DNA from: Octopus bimaculoides
Lineage: Eukaryota
NCBI RefSeq assembly: GCF_001194135.2
Contig: NC_068988.1
Location: 19,035,708 to 19,093,344 of the forward strand
DNA: 57,637 nt
Reading direction: 5' to 3'
Shown one piece after another: positions 51,719 through 57,637 of the stretch. The position numbers and the translations under genes were made by a program. Each line of letters starts with the position of its first letter. The stretch's first letter is position 1. Under the pieces are notes generated by a model. The model saw nothing but the letters and a program-made list of their open reading frames with translations. It was not told the origin of the DNA and searched no databases.

Positions 51719-53369
51719 TTATATAAAACATGCGCAATACATATATATTTATATACAGGAAACAAAATACACACCGTTTTACTTGTACACCGGATAACAA
51801 TGACCAAACCGTAAATCGTATACCATTTTGTAAAACGCATTATGTTTGTACTGTTTCTTACACTTGGCATATGACCTGTTAGCTTACAGAATTTGGTGGC
51901 TTCTAAAGCGATTTAAATATTCCCTGATGAGTTTTTAATGCTTGCCGAAACTAGATGATTTGTTGCATATTTCAACTTGCCAAAACTCTTGGCATTTATC
52001 ACATGGATAGTATTTTCAAAATGAAACTAAATATTTGTTTATTGAATATAATGTGTAAGGTTACTGTATAAAATATATATTCGTATATTCGGAATAGACT
52101 GTTTTGCTAATGTATACACATACATTGTATATACGCATGCATATATATACTTATATACATATGTATGTATATATATATATATATATNNNNNNNNNNNNNN
52201 NNNNNNNNNNNNNNNNNNNNNNNNNNNNNNNNNNNNNNNNNNNNNNNNNNNNNNNNNNNNNNNNNNNNNNNNNNNNNNNNNNNNNNNNNNNNNNNNNNNN
52301 NNNNNNNNNNNNNNNNNNNNNNNNNNNNNNNNNNNNNNNNNNNNNNNNNNNNNNNNNNNNNNNNNNNNNNNNNNNNNNNNNNNNNNNNNNNNNNNNNNNN
52401 NNNNNNNNNNNNNNNNNNNNNNNNNNNNNNNNNNNNNNNNNNNNNNNNNNNNNNNNNNNNNNNNNNNNNNNNNNNNNNNNNNNNNNNNNNNNNNNNNNNN
52501 NNNNNNNNNNNNNNNNNNNNNNNNNNNNNNNNNNNNNNNNNNNNNNNNNNNNNNNNNNNNNNNNNNNNNNNNNNNNNNNNNNNNNNNNNNNNNNNNNNNN
52601 NNNNNNNNNNNNNNNNNNNNNNNNNNNNNNNNNNNNNNNNNNNNNNNNNNNNNNNNNNNNNNNNNNNNNNNNNNNNNNNNNNNNNNNNNNNNNNNNNNNN
52701 NNNNNNNNNNNNNNNNNNNNNNNNNNNNNNNNNNNNNNNNNNNNNNNNNNNNNNNNNNNNNNNNNNNNNNNNTATATACATACATACCTAAATACATACA
52801 CACACATACATATATATAATTCCAAGAAAGTTAGAGGTTGTCAGTCCAACCAACTAAGGGATAATATCTATCCAATATACTGCTTGTACAATACACAATT
52901 ATTAATACACTAGTGTTTTTTTTTTCATTGCATGGCAATTACACTACTGAATGTAATAAATGGGTGTAGGTAAAAAGTTGTTTTACCCTTAATTTATACG
53001 GCAATAAGAAAATAGTGGGGATCAAGAGGTGGTATTCATCAACTTTTAGACATTATATGATATCTATTTATTTAAAAAATACAATCATAACAATATACAT
53101 ACATGTATAACATATTATGCTTTACATATATAAAAATACCAATAATTATTAAAATATATAACATAGAACATAGAAAACAGAATAGTTTCTTACAGCTGTT
53201 TCAACCAAGAGGTCATAGTACCCCACTTTACTTCCATCCCTTCCGTGAAGTAAAGTAGATAAGATTAAGGTACTTTTCAGTGTATCACCTGGTGTAGTCC
53301 ACATCACAAATGAATAAACCACAAGAAGAGCTGGCCTAAGTAATACTGCAAAACATCATCACAACTGGA

Positions 53370-53605
53370 CGAAGAAAGCTACTTCGCCAAGCATTATGGA
53401 TGATGTTGGAAGGACAGCCGTCGAGTGGAAAATACGAGGGGGTAGGAGACAGATACGCAGGCCTATGGAGACATGGCGAAGGGCTGTACGGGAAGACTTT
53501 GCCGGGATGGGTGTCCCTTGAATAGAAAGGTGCAGTTTGGCTCAGAATACTACCGCTTGGAGAAGTCTCACTATCCGTTGCTCTTAGAGCGAACGAAGAT
53601 ATCGT
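53370..53605 (+). mobile_element. RTE LINE 3' end
   Basis: AVEWKIRGGRRQIRRPMETWRRAVREDF..MGV...LAQNTTAWRSL matches the RTE terminal 'WxPxGxRxRGRPxxTWRRxV...AxDRxxWRxL' motif; one in-frame stop. Confidence 0.8.
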
Positions 53606-53687
53606 TATCACCACTACCATCATGATCATCCTCAACAGCAGCATCGTTATAATCTTCCAGCAGCATCGTCATAATCTTCCATTGGTT

Positions 53688-53996
53688 TTGTTGTTGTTGG
53701 CACTCCGTCGCTTACGACGTGGAGGGTTCCAGTTGATCCGATCAACGGAACAGCCTGCTCGTGAAATTAACGTGCAAGTGGCTGAGCACTCCACAGACAC
53801 GTGTACCCTTAACGTAGTTCTCGGGGATATTCAGCGTGACACAGTGTGACAAGGTTGACCCTTTGAATTACAGGCACAACAGAAACAGGAAGTAAGAGTG
53901 AGAGAAATTTATGGTGAAAGAGTACAGCAGGGTTCGCCACCATCCCCTGCCGGAGCCTCGTGGAGCTTTAGGTGTTTTAGCTCAATAAACACTCAC
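53688..53996 (-). mobile_element. SINE family A running into a gap
   Basis: Near-identical to 1222-1521. Confidence 0.92.
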
Positions 53997-54813
53997 NNNN
54001 NNNNNNNNNNNNNNNNNNNNNNNNNNNNNNNNNNNNNNNNNNNNNNNNNNNNNNNNNNNNNNNNNNNNNNNNNNNNNNNNNNNNNNNNNNNNNNNNNNNN
54101 NNNNNNNNNNNNNNNNNNNNNNNNNNNNNNNNNNNNNNNNNNNNNNNNNNNNNNNNNNNNNNNNNNNNNNNNNNNNNNNNNNNNNNNNNNNNNNNNNNNN
54201 NNNNNNNNNNNNNNNNNNNNNNNNNNNNNNNNNNNNNNNNNNNNNNNNNNNNNNNNNNNNNNNNNNNNNNNNNNNNNNNNNNNNNNNNNNNNNNNNNNNN
54301 NNNNNNNNNNNNNNNNNNNNNNNNNNNNNNNNNNNNNNNNNNNNNNNNNNNNNNNNNNNNNNNNNNNNNNNNNNNNNNNNNNNNNNNNNNNNNNNNNNNN
54401 NNNNNNNNNNNNNNNNNNNNNNNNNNNNNNNNNNNNNNNNNNNNNNNNNNNNNNNNNNNNNNNNNNNNNNNNNNNNNNNNNNNNNNNNNNNNNNNNNNNN
54501 NNNNNNNNNNNNNNNNNNNNNNNNNNNNNNNNNNNNNNNNNNNNNNNNNNNNNNNNNNNNNNNNNNNNNNNNNNNNNNNNNNNNNNNNNNNNNNNNNNNN
54601 NNNNNNNNNNNNNNNNNNNNNNNNNNNNNNNNNNNNNNNNNNNNNNNNNNNNNNNNNNNNNNTGAGCAGAGTAGGAGGGCGGAGAAAAGAAAATGTAAGG
54701 AGATAGAAGAAGGAAATTCTCTGTTTTCTTGTTAGATCGTTTAGACAGAAAAAGAGAAATAACTGAAATTGATAGGTCAAAGAGAAGAGAGAACGAGAGA
54801 GGGAGAGAGAGAA

Positions 54814-54864
<51 letters not shown>

Positions 54865-55720
54865 CGTGAGGGACAGAAAGAGAGAGAGAGAGAAAGAAGG
54901 AAATAGGGAAAGAAAGAGAGAGAGAAAGAGAGAGGGAGAGAGAAAAGGGAACGTTTATCAGACTGAGATAGACAGAGAAAGAACAGTAAGGTAGATATAT
55001 GGAGACATGCTTAACTTGATATATACGGAGAAAGGAGTATATATTTTGAGAAAGGGAGACAGAATGAGATAGACAGACTCAGTTGTAGACGGTTAGATGG
55101 AAAATAACGTAGTGAGATAAGACAGGGAAGTTAGTCATGGCTCTTGAACTATTGATAACCAATTTCCTCCGAAACAAACTTAACTAAATGTTTCACCCTT
55201 GAACTCATCAAGTAATATCTATAACTTACTATATAATGATCTGCCAATATTTAACCCAGTTTTATTTTAATCAGTTACAGAAACTTGTAGTTATTCCGAA
55301 ATTTCTTCCCACGATGTGTGTGTGTGTGTGTGTGTGTGCGCATAGACCTGGAATACTTGAATACTTATGCACATGTGTATGTACGCATGAATATATGCGT
55401 ATCTATCTATCTATCTATCTATATATATATATATGTACATATATGTATGTATATGTACATATATATATATACATATATATATATTTATATATATATGTGT
55501 ATATATATACGCACACATATTTATCTGTATCATACTTGAAGTAGACAATTTTATTTTAGTTACAGAAACTTGTAGTTATTCTGAAGATTTTCTCATGATG
55601 TATATATATGTATATATACAAGTGTCTGGAGTATATGAACACTATGCGTATGTGTATGTACATATGAATGTATGTATGTATGTATATACATATATATATA
55701 TTTATATATAATATAATCAC

Positions 55721-55755
<35 letters not shown>

Positions 55756-55780
55756 GTGTGTGTGTGTATGTGTGTGTATG

Positions 55781-55846
<66 letters not shown>

Positions 55847-56579
55847 NNNNNNNNNNNNNNNNNNNNNNNNNNNNNNNNNNNNNNNNNNNNNNNNNNNNNN
55901 NNNNNNNNNNNNNNNNNNNNNNNNNNNNNNNNNNNNNNNNNNNNNNNNNNNNNNNNNNNNNNNNNNNNNNNNNNNNNNNNNNNNNNNNNNNNNNNNNNNN
56001 NNNNNNNNNNNNNNNNNNNNNNNNNNNNNNNNNNNNNNNNNNNNNNNNNNNNNNNNNNNNNNNNNNNNNNNNNNNNNNNNNNNNNNNNNNNNNNNNNNNN
56101 NNNNNNNNNNNNNNNNNNNNNNNNNNNNNNNNNNNNNNNNNNNNNNNNNNNNNNNNNNNNNNNNNNNNNNNNNNNNNNNNNNNNNNNNNNNNNNNNNNNN
56201 NNNNNNNNNNNNNNNNNNNNNNNNNNNNNNNNNNNNNNNNNNNNNNNNNNNNNNNNNNNNNNNNNNNNNNNNNNNNNNNNNNNNNNNNNNNNNNNNNNNN
56301 NNNNNNNNNNNNNNNNNNNNNNNNNNNNNNNNNNNNNNNNNNNNNNNNNNNNNNNNNNNNNNNNNNNNNNNNNNNNNNNNNNNNNNNNNNNNNNNNNNNN
56401 NNNNNNNNNNNNNNNNNNNNNNNNNNNNNNNNNNNNNNNNNNNNNNNNNNNNNNNNNNNNNNNNNNNNNNNNNNNNNNNNNNNNNNNNNNNNNNNNNNNN
56501 NNNNNNNNNNNNNNNNNNNNNNNNNNNNNNNNNNNNNNNNNNNNNNNNNNNNNNNNNNNNNNNNNNNNNNNNNNNNNNT

Positions 56580-56666
56580 GCCGAACCGCTAGATTACGGG
56601 GACGTAAACACACCACCATCGGTTGTCAAGCGATGTTGGGGGGACAAACACAGACACACAAACATG

Positions 56667-56716
<50 letters not shown>

Positions 56717-56885
56717 TACGACGGGCTTCTTTCAGTTTTCCGTCTACCAAATCCACTCACAAGGCTTTGGTCGGCCCGAGACTTTAGTAGAAGACACCTG
56801 CCCAAGGTGCCACGCAGTGGGACTGAACCCGGACTATGTGGTTGGTAAGCAAGGTACTTACCACACAGCCACTCCTGCGCCTATG
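56580..56885 (-). mobile_element. tRNA/CORE-like SINE family C with an internal CA/TA microsatellite
   Basis: Minus strand ataggcgcaggagtggctgtgtggt (A box), gggttcagtcc (B box), ggcaccttgggcaggtgtcttct. Confidence 0.9.
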
Positions 56886-57339
56886 TTTACTAATACACCT
56901 GCTGAGTGTTTACTAATACAATTTCACTAATGAGTGATAAGCGTTCCGATCCCGAAGTAAACGATAAACCAGTGTAAACGATTTTGTCATAGTATATTCT
57001 TAAAAGGATAACATGTCCCTTCCACGATGTGATTGCATCGGTTTCTACAGACAGTCTCTCTCTCTCTCCCTTTCTCTCACACACACGCACAAATACACAA
57101 TCACGCGCGTGTGTTTGTGTGTGTGTGTGTGTGCGTGTGTATGTATGTGTGCGTGTATATATTGGTAGTTATGTTTTATCATTGAGAGCATGTATATATG
57201 TAATATATATGTAATATATATATGAAGTTATATATATATTGAAACTATTTATATATGTATGTGTGTGTGTGTGTACAAATCTATATAGATGTTTGTGTGA
57301 ACAAACGCACATCCATATACATATACAATTTTGTGTAAC

Positions 57340-57396
<57 letters not shown>

Positions 57397-57399
57397 ATA

Positions 57400-57637
57400 G
57401 CAAAGCACTAGCCATAGACAGAAACAGAGTAGAGGGTGAGCTAGTTAAGAAGCTAGAAGAGGCAATTAGAAGTGGCATCGACGAGGAATACCTGACCCGC
57501 CTGTTTAAGACGACCTTCGGGCCGGGACCTATGGACAACTTCCAGAGATCTCTGGCCTGGCAGTGCTATCGAGAAGCTCTACCCGTTCGGGATAAGCTCT
57601 ACAGGCATGGCTCGAGAAACACGGGGCCGACCTGTCC
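57400..57637 (+). mobile_element. L1/Tx1-clade LINE ORF2 C-terminal region (zf-RVT), continuing beyond the window
   Basis: Stop-free frame KALAIDRNRVEGELVKKLEEAIRSGIDEEYLTRLFKTTFGPGPMDNFQRSLAWQCYREALPVRDKLYRHGSRNTGPTCP; the 'LAW...ALP.RxKLxRxG...CP' motif; GC-rich; 5'-truncated at (ATCT)n. Confidence 0.88.

Overview
AT-rich, repeat-saturated animal genomic DNA from a draft assembly, with 16 N-gaps totalling about 8 kb. It is most likely a coleoid cephalopod (Octopus-like); this is inferred from the SINE families and the extreme microsatellite load, not proven. No complete protein-coding gene, rRNA, tRNA gene or CRISPR array can be supported. Nearly every long ORF in the supplied track is an artefact of N-runs or microsatellites. 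The window is intronic or intergenic and contains: (i) about 25 copies of at least 3-4 tRNA-derived SINE families; (ii) 3' fragments of RTE, R4/Dong-like (RLE) and L1/Tx1 LINEs; (iii) relics of hAT, mariner and pogo/Tc2 DNA transposons, plus one hAT MITE with a perfect 8-bp TSD; (iv) two short solo LTRs. The most interesting signals are structural. There are two hammerhead-ribozyme folds of the Penelope-like-element type on opposite strands (18059-18104 minus, 20986-21070 plus), the second lying inside a ~420-bp palindrome whose other arm has lost exactly the catalytic box. There is a ~630-bp fold-back SINE palindrome whose arms share private mutations (8088-8717), and a pair of overlapping perfect hairpins (15336-15443). 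Several isolated splice-flanked open segments may be exons of an unidentified host gene, but strand and identity cannot be settled from the sequence alone.
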